A stretch of 64,000 nucleotides of DNA, taken from Raineyella sp. Lineage in GTDB: Bacteria; Actinomycetota; Actinomycetes; Propionibacteriales; Propionibacteriaceae. The position numbers and the translations under genes were made by a program. The stretch covers positions 6,863 to 70,862 of the forward strand of contig NZ_JAYFNG010000013.1 in NCBI RefSeq assembly GCF_034933565.1, given 5' to 3'. Each line of letters starts with the position of its first letter. Position 1 is the first letter of the stretch. The notes under the pieces are model-generated. The model did no database searches. It was not told the origin of the DNA and saw only the letters and a list, made by a program, of their open reading frames with translations. Positions 39,351 through 47,710 of the stretch are shown in pieces.

Positions 39351-40268
39351 ATGGCGATCATGCGAATGGGCTACACCCACGTCCGGGTCACCGACCTGGC
39401 CGAGGCCCGTCAGCACTACACCCAGACGATGGGTCTGGACGAGGTTGCCGCCACCGACAACAAGGTGTACCTCAAGGGCTGGGACGAGTGGGACCACCAC
39501 TCCGTCGTGCTCGAGGAGGGTGGCGTCGGCCTGGTGAAGTTCGGCTTCAAGGCCCAGTACGAGGACGATCTGGCCGACATCGAGAACAAGGCCCACGCGT
39601 TCGGTGCGACCACTGAGCGCATCTCCAAGGGCGAGGAGCTCGAGGTCGGGGAGATCCTCCGGATCCACACCCCCTCCGGCCACCTGTTCGACGTCTACCA
39701 CGAGATGACCTCCGGTCAGGCCGCCGTCGGCAACGTCAACCCGGAGGCCTTCCCGCGTGACCTGCGCGGCGTCGGTGCCCCTGCCCTCGACCATGCGCTG
39801 ATCACCGCGGAGGACTGCGGGCTGATGGAGCGCTTCCTGCACGACTGCTTCGGCTACTGGACCGCGGAGAAGGTCGCCACCTCGCTCGATCCGGCCGACC
39901 AGCACACCATCGCCGTCTGGATGACCGCCACCACCCAGATCCACCAGCTCGCCGTCCTCGAGGGCCCGCAGTCCAAGCTGCACCACTTCGCCTTCCGTTT
40001 GGAGGAGGGCTGGGAGGTCACCCGCGCCGCCGACCTGTTCTCGATGGACGACGTGCCGATCGACGTCGGCCCGACCCGCCACGGCATCACCCGCGGCAAG
40101 ACGGTCTACTTCTTCGACCCGGCAGGCAACCGCAACGAGGTCTTCGCCGGCGGCTACCTGTCGTTCCCGGACCGCCCGATGGTGACCTGGACCCCGGATG
40201 TGCTCGGCAAGGCGATCTTCTACCACGCCCGCGAGCTCAACGAGCGCTTCACCACCGTCCTCACCTAG
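39351..40268 (+). CDS. catechol 2,3-dioxygenase (extradiol, two VOC modules)
   Basis: The 305-aa product reads MAIMRMGYTHVRVTDLAEARQHYTQTMGLDEV...LDHALI...HHFAF...GNRNEVF. Confidence 0.9.
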   Translation: MAIMRMGYTHVRVTDLAEARQHYTQTMGLDEVAATDNKVYLKGWDEWDHHSVVLEEGGVGLVKFGFKAQYEDDLADIENKAHAFGATTERISKGEELEVGEILRIHTPSGHLFDVYHEMTSGQAAVGNVNPEAFPRDLRGVGAPALDHALITAEDCGLMERFLHDCFGYWTAEKVATSLDPADQHTIAVWMTATTQIHQLAVLEGPQSKLHHFAFRLEEGWEVTRAADLFSMDDVPIDVGPTRHGITRGKTVYFFDPAGNRNEVFAGGYLSFPDRPMVTWTPDVLGKAIFYHARELNERFTTVLT

Positions 40269-40380
40269 TCCGATCAACCGTCGCGGTCCGGGGATCCTCC
40301 ACCCGGGTCCCCGGACCGCCGGCGAAACCGCCCACCCAGCCCCGTACGCCGACCCGTACGCCTCGGAAGGAGTCACCCCC

Positions 40381-40812
40381 GTGTCCATCACCCGCCCGCA
40401 GACCGTCATCTCGCTCGATGGAGCCCGGACAGCGATCGCCGGGGCGGTCGCCCGGGCCACCGAGCTGGGCGTCGCCGTCAACATCGCCGTCGCGGACGCC
40501 GGGGGCAACCTGGTCAGCTTCGACCGGATGGACGGGGCGGCCCTGATGTCGGCCTCCATCGCGCAGGACAAAGCCATCTCGGTGGTCTCCTTCAAGGGGC
40601 TGCCCACCCACCAGTGGTCGGAGCTCTTCGCGGGTGACGACGCTTCGGTCGGCCAGGGCATCCCGCACCGTCCCGGCCTGGTGATCTTCGGCGGCGGCAT
40701 CCCGATCGTGATCGACGGCGAACTGGTCGGTGCCGTCGGCTGCTCCGGCGGCACCTCGGAGGAGGACCGGCAGATCGCCGAGGCAGGCGCCGCGGCGGTG
40801 CTCGGTCGATGA
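40381..40812 (+). CDS. GlcG/HbpS-like heme-binding protein (DUF336)
   Basis: It starts at GTG after a GGAAGGAG RBS and contains VNIAVADAGGNLVSFDRMDGA...GGIPIVIDGELVGAVGCSGGTSEEDRQIA. Confidence 0.85.
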   Translation: MSITRPQTVISLDGARTAIAGAVARATELGVAVNIAVADAGGNLVSFDRMDGAALMSASIAQDKAISVVSFKGLPTHQWSELFAGDDASVGQGIPHRPGLVIFGGGIPIVIDGELVGAVGCSGGTSEEDRQIAEAGAAAVLGR

Positions 40813-41672
40813 CGGCCGTGGCAGCGGGCAAACAGACCGAGAGCAGAACGGCGTCGACAACGACCGGGCCGAGCAGGACCTGGGAGGTCACCACGACGGC
40901 GCGCTCCCGCAGCGACCGCCAGGAGCCCCGCAGCGGTGAGCTGAAGTCCGTCGGCACCGCCCTCGACGTCCTGGAGTGCTTCTCCGTCGACGGGGAGCTC
41001 GGCGTCTCCGACATCGCCCGCCGCCTCGACATCGCCAAGAGCACCGCACACCGGCTGCTCACCACCATGGCCTCGCGACGGATCGTCGAGCAGAACCCGC
41101 ACACCGGGCGCTACCGCCTCGGCATCCACCTGTTCGAGCTGGGGCACCTGGCCCAGGCGCGGTTCGACCTGCGCCAGGTCGCGATGCCGACCATGCTCGA
41201 GCTGAGCCGGCAGACCGGCTACGTGGTCAACCTCTCGGTCCCCGACGGCGCCGACGTCGTCTACATCGAACGGCTGGAGATCGGCGCGGGGGCGAAGCTG
41301 CTCGCCAAGTCCGGGCGCCGGCTGCCCAGCCACGTCACCAGCTCCGGCAAGGTGATGGCGGCGTACAACCCGGACGCGGCCCGGGCCCGGACCGAGGCGG
41401 GCTTCCCGCCCCGGGTCAGCCACACCATCCGCAGTCGTACGGAGTGGGAGGCGACCCTCGACGAGGTGCGCCGGCTCGGCTACGCCCATGCCGACCACGA
41501 GTCGTACGAGGGCATCTCGACGGTGGCGGTGCCGCTGCTGGACCTCCAGCAGCACGCGTACGCTGCGCTGTCCCTGCTCGGGCCCAACGAACGACTGGCC
41601 CCCCAGGTGCCGACGCTGGCCCGCCTGCTGCACACCGCGGCCCAGCGGATCAGTCGTTCCCTCGGGCGCTGA
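40809..41672 (+). CDS. IclR-family transcriptional regulator
   Basis: It contains LKSVGTALDVLECFSVDGELGVSDIARRLDIAKSTAHRLLTTM followed by an IclR effector domain. Confidence 0.9.
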   Translation: MTAVAAGKQTESRTASTTTGPSRTWEVTTTARSRSDRQEPRSGELKSVGTALDVLECFSVDGELGVSDIARRLDIAKSTAHRLLTTMASRRIVEQNPHTGRYRLGIHLFELGHLAQARFDLRQVAMPTMLELSRQTGYVVNLSVPDGADVVYIERLEIGAGAKLLAKSGRRLPSHVTSSGKVMAAYNPDAARARTEAGFPPRVSHTIRSRTEWEATLDEVRRLGYAHADHESYEGISTVAVPLLDLQQHAYAALSLLGPNERLAPQVPTLARLLHTAAQRISRSLGR

Positions 41673-41716
41673 CCCGCCCACCTCGCAAGACCGACAACCG
41701 ACGGAAGGAGAAGAAC

Positions 41717-42517
41717 GTGGATTCGATCAGCCGGACCAGCGCCGCGGAGGCGCTGCTCGAGGCCAACCGCAGTGGGGTGTCGATCCCGCCGTTGCGGGAG
41801 ACCTACCCCGACCTCAGCATCGAGGACGCCTACGAGATCCAGATGCTGACCGTGCGCAGCTGGCTGGCCGAGGGCCGCACCGTGGGCGGCTACAAGGTGG
41901 GGCTGACCTCTCCGGCGATGCAGAAGCAGCTGGGGGTCGCCCAGCCGGACTTCGGCCACATCTTCACCGACCAGTTCTACCTCGAGAACATGCCGATGGA
42001 CCTCAGCGGGCACATCCTGCCCCGGGTCGAGCCGGAGATCGCCTTCGTGCTCAAGGAGGACCTGCAGGGCCCCGGGGTGACGGTCGTCGACGCGATCCGC
42101 GCCATCGACTACGTGCTGCCGGCCCTGGAGGTCGTCGACTCGCGCGTGCGTGACTGGGACATCCGGATCGGTGACACCGTCGCCGACAACGCCTCCGGCG
42201 GCGGCGTCGTGCTGGGCTCCACGCCCAGCTACCTCGGCGACCTCGATCTGCGGCTGGCCGGCTGCACCATGCACAAGAACGGCAAGGTCGTCGGCACCGG
42301 TGCCGGCGGCGCCGTCCTCGGCTCGCCGATCAACGCACTGGTCTGGCTCGCCAACACCGTCGGCCCGCTCGGCACCACCCTGGAGGCCGGCAAGGTCGTG
42401 CTGCCCGGCTCGGTGACGAAGATGGTCCCGGTCGGCCCGGGTGACCGGGTGACCGCCAACTTCGGCGGACTCGGTTCGGTGACCGCCCTGATCGCCAACA
42501 CCCCGAAGGAGAACTGA
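41717..42517 (+). CDS. 2-keto-4-pentenoate hydratase (XylJ/DmpE/MhpD type)
   Basis: It starts at GTG after an AAGGAG RBS and contains GYKVGLTSPAMQKQLGVAQPDFGHIF. Confidence 0.88.
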   Translation: MDSISRTSAAEALLEANRSGVSIPPLRETYPDLSIEDAYEIQMLTVRSWLAEGRTVGGYKVGLTSPAMQKQLGVAQPDFGHIFTDQFYLENMPMDLSGHILPRVEPEIAFVLKEDLQGPGVTVVDAIRAIDYVLPALEVVDSRVRDWDIRIGDTVADNASGGGVVLGSTPSYLGDLDLRLAGCTMHKNGKVVGTGAGGAVLGSPINALVWLANTVGPLGTTLEAGKVVLPGSVTKMVPVGPGDRVTANFGGLGSVTALIANTPKEN

Positions 42518-42520
42518 CCC

Positions 42521-43312
42521 ATGGCCTGGGATTACGAGAGCGTCGCCGCGGAGCTGCTCGCCTGCGAGGACGAGGTCCGCGACCGCGAACCGATCAGCGA
42601 CGAGTGGCCCGAGCTGGCGAGCGACGTCGCCGGGGCGTACGGCATCCAGGACGCCAACCTGGCCAAGCGCCTCGCCCGCGGGGAGAAGCTGATCGGCGTG
42701 AAGCTGGGGCTGACCTCCCGCGCGAAGCAGCAGCGGATGGGCGTCGACATGCCCTTCGTCGCCTGGCTGACCGATGCGATGATCCTGCCCGCCGGCGACC
42801 CGGTGCCGCAGGACCGGCTGATCCACCCCCGGATCGAGCCCGAGCTGGTCTTCGTGATGAAGGACCGGCTCGAGGGGCCGGGCGTCACCGCCGCCCAGGC
42901 GATGGCCGCTGTCGGCCAGGTCCAGGGCGGTGGCGAGGTGATCGACTCCCGCTACAAGAACTTCCGCTTCACCGCAGGTGACGTGATCGCCGACAACGCC
43001 TCGTCCGGGGCCTTCTCCACCGGCCCGATCGCGGTCCGGCCCGAGGACGTCGATCTGTCCACCGAGGCGGTCCTGGTCGAGGTCAACGGCGAGATCGTCG
43101 ACTCCGCCACCGGCGCCGCGGTGCAGGGCCACCCCGGCGAGGCGCTGGCGCTGGCCGCCAACGACCTCGCCAAGCGCGGCCTGGCGATCGAGGCCGGCTG
43201 GATCGTGCTCACCGGCGGCATCACCGACGCCTACTTCGCCACCCCCGGCACCTCCATCGCCTTCCACTTCACCAACCTCGGGTCGGTGCACTTCCACAGT
43301 GGTGATGAGTGA
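42521..43312 (+). CDS. 4-oxalocrotonate decarboxylase (XylI/DmpH type)
   Basis: It contains IGVKLGLTSRAKQQRMGVDMPFVAWLTD, a paralogue of the preceding hydratase. Confidence 0.85.
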   Translation: MAWDYESVAAELLACEDEVRDREPISDEWPELASDVAGAYGIQDANLAKRLARGEKLIGVKLGLTSRAKQQRMGVDMPFVAWLTDAMILPAGDPVPQDRLIHPRIEPELVFVMKDRLEGPGVTAAQAMAAVGQVQGGGEVIDSRYKNFRFTAGDVIADNASSGAFSTGPIAVRPEDVDLSTEAVLVEVNGEIVDSATGAAVQGHPGEALALAANDLAKRGLAIEAGWIVLTGGITDAYFATPGTSIAFHFTNLGSVHFHSGDE

Positions 43313-43524
43313 TGCCGCTGATCGAATGCACCCTCACCGAGGGACGGACCCCCGAGCAGCTCCGGGCCCTGATCACCCAGCTCACCGAGGCCGCGGTGAC
43401 GGCGGTGGCGGCTCCCAAGGAGAGCATCCGCGTCGTCATCCGGGAGATCCCGAAGACCCACTTCGCGGCCGGTGACGAGACGATCGCCGAGCGACAGGCC
43501 CGGCGGGCGGCCGCGCAGGGCTAG
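43309..43524 (+). CDS. 4-oxalocrotonate tautomerase family enzyme
   Basis: It has an N-terminal Pro after Met (MPLIECTL...) and is 71 aa long. Confidence 0.88.
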   Translation: MMPLIECTLTEGRTPEQLRALITQLTEAAVTAVAAPKESIRVVIREIPKTHFAAGDETIAERQARRAAAQG

Positions 43525-43564
43525 CACCCCACAGACCAGCAGCACAGACAGGAAACAGGCACCC

Positions 43565-45034
43565 ATGCACAAGGTCATCACGCCGCGCAACGTGGCCAAC
43601 TTCATCAACGGCCAGTACGTCGAGACCGGCGACACGTTCGATGTCCTCTACCCGGTCACCGGCGAGGTCACCGCGCACGTCCACACTGCCGGCCAGGCCG
43701 AGGTGGACGCCGCGGTGGCGGCCGCCCGGGCCGCGCTGAGCGGTCCGTGGGGCCAGCTCACCACCGATCAGCGGATCGAGCTCGTCCTCGACATCGCCAA
43801 CGGCATCACCAAGCGGTTCGACGACTTCCTCGAGCTCGAGGTCCTCGACACCGGCAAGCCGTACTCGGTCGCCTCCCACGTGGACATCCCGCGTGGCGCC
43901 GCGAACTTCAAGGCCTTCGCGCACACCCTCAAGGAGCACGCGACCGAGACCTTCCGGATGGACACCCCCGACGGCAACGGTGCCTGGAACTTCGGCGTCC
44001 GCCGCCCCCGTGGCGTCATCGGCATCATCTCGCCGTGGAACCTGCCGCTGCTGCTGATGACCTGGAAGGCCGGCCCCGCCCTGGCCATGGGCAACACCGT
44101 CGTGGTGAAGCCTTCCGAGGTCACCCCGTCCACCGCCTCGCTGCTCGGCGAGGTGATGAACGAGGTGGGCGTGCCGGCCGGTGTCTACAACGTGGTGAAC
44201 GGTTTCGGCAGGACCGGCGCGATGATCACCTCGCACCCGGACGTCGACGGGATCACCTTCACCGGTGAGACCGTGACCGGCTCGATCATCATCAAGGCGA
44301 CCGCCGACACGCTGAAGGCCACCTCGATGGAGATGGGCGGCAAGAACGCCGGCATCGTCTTCGAGGACGCCGACCTCGACCTGGCGGTCAAGGAGCTGGG
44401 CCGGTCCTGCTTCCTCAACACCGGCCAGGTCTGCCTCGGCACCGAGCGGGTCTACGTCCACGAGTCGATCTTCGGTCAGGTCCGTGACCGGCTGAAGGAC
44501 TACGCCGAGAACGAGCTGACGTACGGCTACCCCGACGACGACGCGATGAACTTCGGCCCGGTGGTCTCCGATGAGCACCGCGACAAGGTGCTGTCGTACT
44601 ACCGTCTCGCCGAGGAGGAGGGCGCCACGGTGGTCACCGGTGGCGGCGCCCCGACGTTCGGCGACGAGCGTGACGGTGGCTCCTGGGTCGAGCCGACCAT
44701 CTGGACCGGTCTGGCGCACGACTCGCGCGTCGCCACCGAGGAGATCTTCGGCCCGGCCGTCGCGCTGATCCCGTTCACCGACGAGGACGAGGTGATCAGG
44801 CTCGCCAACGACACCAAGTACGGTCTGTCGGCGACCTTCTTCACCAAGGACATGTCGCGTGCGCTGCGGGTCGCCCCGCAGCTCGAGGCCGGCATCGTCT
44901 GGGTGAACTCCTGGTTCCTCCGCGACCTGCGCACCTCGTTCGGCGGCATGAAGCACTCCGGCATCGGCCGCGAGGGCGGCGTGCACGGCCTGGAGTTCTA
45001 CACCGAGATCTCCAACGTCTGCATCAAGATCTGA
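43565..45034 (+). CDS. 2-hydroxymuconic semialdehyde dehydrogenase (NAD+ aldehyde dehydrogenase)
   Basis: It contains FINGQYV...VVVKPSEVTP...MEMGGKNAGIVF...LNTGQVCLGTERVYV. Confidence 0.92.
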   Translation: MHKVITPRNVANFINGQYVETGDTFDVLYPVTGEVTAHVHTAGQAEVDAAVAAARAALSGPWGQLTTDQRIELVLDIANGITKRFDDFLELEVLDTGKPYSVASHVDIPRGAANFKAFAHTLKEHATETFRMDTPDGNGAWNFGVRRPRGVIGIISPWNLPLLLMTWKAGPALAMGNTVVVKPSEVTPSTASLLGEVMNEVGVPAGVYNVVNGFGRTGAMITSHPDVDGITFTGETVTGSIIIKATADTLKATSMEMGGKNAGIVFEDADLDLAVKELGRSCFLNTGQVCLGTERVYVHESIFGQVRDRLKDYAENELTYGYPDDDAMNFGPVVSDEHRDKVLSYYRLAEEEGATVVTGGGAPTFGDERDGGSWVEPTIWTGLAHDSRVATEEIFGPAVALIPFTDEDEVIRLANDTKYGLSATFFTKDMSRALRVAPQLEAGIVWVNSWFLRDLRTSFGGMKHSGIGREGGVHGLEFYTEISNVCIKI

Positions 45035-45055
45035 CCCTTGACCGAGATCTGACCC
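45027..45055. repeat. 11-bp direct repeat (period 18) including the dehydrogenase stop codon
   Basis: AGATCTGACCC occurs at 45027-45037 (the real TGA is at 45032-45034) and at 45045-45055. Confidence 0.8.
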
Positions 45056-45087
45056 CGATCGCCGGACCCGGTCCGGTGTTCGCCAGG

Positions 45088-45116
45088 AGGGCGACCCGCT
45101 GCGGCGAGGTCGCCCT
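45088..45116. terminator. hairpin between convergent genes
   Basis: AGGGCGACC-cgctgcggcga-GGTCGCCCT forms a 9-bp stem. Confidence 0.5.
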
Positions 45117-45204
45117 TCTGGCGTCTGGGGCGCGTCCGGGATGACAGGTCCGGGGCGCAGGTCGCGGGTCTCGGGTCGGGGGCAAGCAGGGCCAGGCGTG
45201 CCGG

Positions 45205-45963
45205 TCAGGGACGCAGGCTCGCCTTCAGGTCGGGCGGCAGCAACTTCCCGGCGGCGGCCAGCCGTTCCACCAGCACCGCGACGCCGGCGTTGGCGGCCAT
45301 GATGCCGATCAGCACCAGCAGCTGGGAGGCGCCTGCCTGGATGGGGGAGCCGCCGCCGAGCAGAACACCGATGAACGCGCCCGGCAGGGTCACCAGCCCG
45401 ACCGTACGGGTGGTGTCGATGTTGGGCATCAGGGCCTCGGCCGTCCCCGGGTGGATGATCTGACGGATGGCCCAGGGCCGTTCGAAACCGAGCGCGAGGG
45501 CGGCCTCGTACTGCCCGCGTTGCTCCCGCAGCGCCGGGAAGGCGCGGCGGGTGACCAAGGTGTGCGCGTTCATCGCGTTGCCGACGATGATACCCACGAT
45601 CGGGATGATCGCCGCACCGTTCCACGGCGATGCGCCGGACAGGAAGATCACCGCGGCGACCGGCACGATGCCGCCCGCGATCGCCACCGCTACCCAGCCG
45701 ATCGCGTTGCGGACCCCGGCCCGGCCCGCGGCCGTCCAGGTGGCGATGCAGAACATCAGCAACACGAACAGCAGCGCCGACCAGACGTACCGTACGGCGG
45801 CCACGATGATGAACGAGACCACGGCCAGCTGCAGGACCGCCCGCACTGCGGCGATCACCTGCTGGCGGGCCAGGCCCAGCTCACCGAGGCGGGACAGCAG
45901 CACCGACAGGGCGACGAGCGCCACCAGGGCGATGGCCAGCCCCCAGCCCAGATCGACAGTCAC
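45205..45963 (-). CDS. fetB: FetB/YbbM-family (UPF0014) ABC-type permease
   Basis: The 252-aa polytopic protein contains LLSRLGELGLARQQVIAAVRAVLQLAVVSFII. No partner ATPase gene is adjacent. Confidence 0.8.
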   Translation of the reverse strand: MTVDLGWGLAIALVALVALSVLLSRLGELGLARQQVIAAVRAVLQLAVVSFIIVAAVRYVWSALLFVLLMFCIATWTAAGRAGVRNAIGWVAVAIAGGIVPVAAVIFLSGASPWNGAAIIPIVGIIVGNAMNAHTLVTRRAFPALREQRGQYEAALALGFERPWAIRQIIHPGTAEALMPNIDTTRTVGLVTLPGAFIGVLLGGGSPIQAGASQLLVLIGIMAANAGVAVLVERLAAAGKLLPPDLKASLRP

Positions 45964-46043
45964 GCTGTCACCCTACTCACGCGGGTGGGCAGGGTGACGC
46001 GGCGGCCACGGCGCACCGGTCACCTCTGCCGACAGGGCTCCTG

Positions 46044-46159
46044 TCGGTGAGGGTCATGTGCCGGTGAGGGTGACCCTGTGGCCGAGGATCACGTGCCGGT
46101 GAGGATGACCCTGTGGCCGAGGATCACGTGCCGGTGAGGGTGACCCTGCCGGTGAGGGG
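46044..46159. repeat. 35-bp x about 3 tandem repeats derived from the htrA 3' end
   Basis: GTGCCGGTGAGG(G/A)TGACCCTGTGGCCGAGGATCAC occurs at 46058-46092 and 46093-46127. A third copy runs into the htrA stop (GGTGAGGGGTCACTTGCCGGCGAGGGTCACC). Confidence 0.9.
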
Positions 46160-47581
46160 TCACTTGCCGGCGAGGGTCACCTTGATCTGCTGGGTGGTGG
46201 CGTCGCGGCTGACGTCGAGGGTGACGGTGTCGCCGACCTGTTGGCTGCGGACCCGGGCGGCCAGGCTGACCGATCCGGTGATCGGCACCCCGTCCATGCC
46301 GGTGATGACGTCGCCCGTCCGGACGCCGCCCTTGGCGGCCGGTGACCCTGAGCTGACCGATTTGACCTCGGCGCCGACGACCTGCTGGCCACCGACGGTG
46401 CTGACCCCGTCAGTGGTGGAGACCCCGAGCAGGGGCGTGGTGGCGCTGCCCTTGTTGATCAGCTCGTTGGTGACCGCCCGCACCTGGTCGGCACGGATCG
46501 CGAAGCCGATGCCGATGTTGCCGGACTGGCTGTTGGAGGAGCTGCCGAGCGTGGCGATCGACGAGGTGAGGCCGATCAGCTGGCCCGAGGCGTTGACCAG
46601 GGCACCGCCCGAGTTGCCCGGGTTGATCGCGGCGGAGGTCTGGATCGCGTCGGTGACCACGGTGGTGTCGGCCGACTGGGTCTGCCCCTGGGAGAACGGG
46701 GACTGCTGCTGGTTCTCGCTCGACGACGACCTGACCGGCCGGTGCAGGGCCGAGACGATGCCGGTGGTCACGCTGCCGGACAGCCCCAGTGGATTGCCGA
46801 TCGCCATCACCGGGTCGCCCACCGCCACCTTGTTGACGTCGCCGAAGGCGATCGGGGTGAGGTCGCTCGGCGGATCGGTGAGCTTGATCACCGCCAGGTC
46901 GGTGCCCGGGTCGGTGCCGACGATGGTGGCCTTGTGGATGGTGTTGTTGTTCAGGGTGACGCTGATCTGTCCGTTTTGGCCGCCGCTCACCACGTGGTTG
47001 TTGGTGGCGATGTGGCCCTGCGTGTCGAGGATGACCCCCGACCCCTCCGCCCCGTTGTTGCCGGACGTGACGGTGATCGAGACCACGGCCGGTTCGACGG
47101 ACTTCGCGACCGTCGCCCAGTCGACGGCCGTGCCGTTGCCCTGGACCACCGGGGTGGTCGTGCCGCCCGTCACCACCTGGTTGTTCATGCCGGTGGCGGC
47201 CAGGGTGGCCGCCGAGCCGACGCCGCCGCCGAGCAGCGCGCCGACCAGGACGAGGGCGACCAGCCGGCCGGATCCGCTCCGCGGCTTGTGGGGCGGCTGC
47301 AGCTGGCCGGGGCCCGGCGTCGGGGCGGCCGCCTGACCGCTGGCCGGCCACTGCGGCGAGGACTGCCACGGCGGGCCGTACGGGGCCTGGGGCTGTCCGT
47401 AGGGGGTCTGCGGTTGTCCGTACGTGGTCTGTCCGTACGGGGCCTGTCCGCGCCCGGCTGCGTGGGTCTGGTCCTGGGCACTCTCGGGGGCGGGTGCGGG
47501 CCGCTCGCCCGGGGTCTGACCGGGCGTCGGTGACCCGCCGGCGGGCTGTTCGAACGATGGGGGACCGGGGTGCTCCGACAT
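46160..47581 (-). CDS. htrA: HtrA-family serine protease (trypsin domain + PDZ)
   Basis: The ATG at 47581 follows a GGAGGAG RBS. The product has a P/Q/Y-rich N-terminus, one TM segment, the catalytic motifs HIATNNHVV and GNSGGALV, and a PDZ domain. Only the 3' third of the 1229-aa track ORF is real. Confidence 0.92.
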   Translation of the reverse strand: MSEHPGPPSFEQPAGGSPTPGQTPGERPAPAPESAQDQTHAAGRGQAPYGQTTYGQPQTPYGQPQAPYGPPWQSSPQWPASGQAAAPTPGPGQLQPPHKPRSGSGRLVALVLVGALLGGGVGSAATLAATGMNNQVVTGGTTTPVVQGNGTAVDWATVAKSVEPAVVSITVTSGNNGAEGSGVILDTQGHIATNNHVVSGGQNGQISVTLNNNTIHKATIVGTDPGTDLAVIKLTDPPSDLTPIAFGDVNKVAVGDPVMAIGNPLGLSGSVTTGIVSALHRPVRSSSSENQQQSPFSQGQTQSADTTVVTDAIQTSAAINPGNSGGALVNASGQLIGLTSSIATLGSSSNSQSGNIGIGFAIRADQVRAVTNELINKGSATTPLLGVSTTDGVSTVGGQQVVGAEVKSVSSGSPAAKGGVRTGDVITGMDGVPITGSVSLAARVRSQQVGDTVTLDVSRDATTQQIKVTLAGK

Positions 47582-47710
47582 TGTTCTCCTCCAAGATCGC
47601 AGGACGCTTGCTCTGACCACCATGTTCGCCGCTGATTCAAGGAAGCTGATGGTTTCCTGTGCGCTGCTTGAGAACGGCGGCGGTGGACCGGCCACGTACA
47701 CTGACACCTT

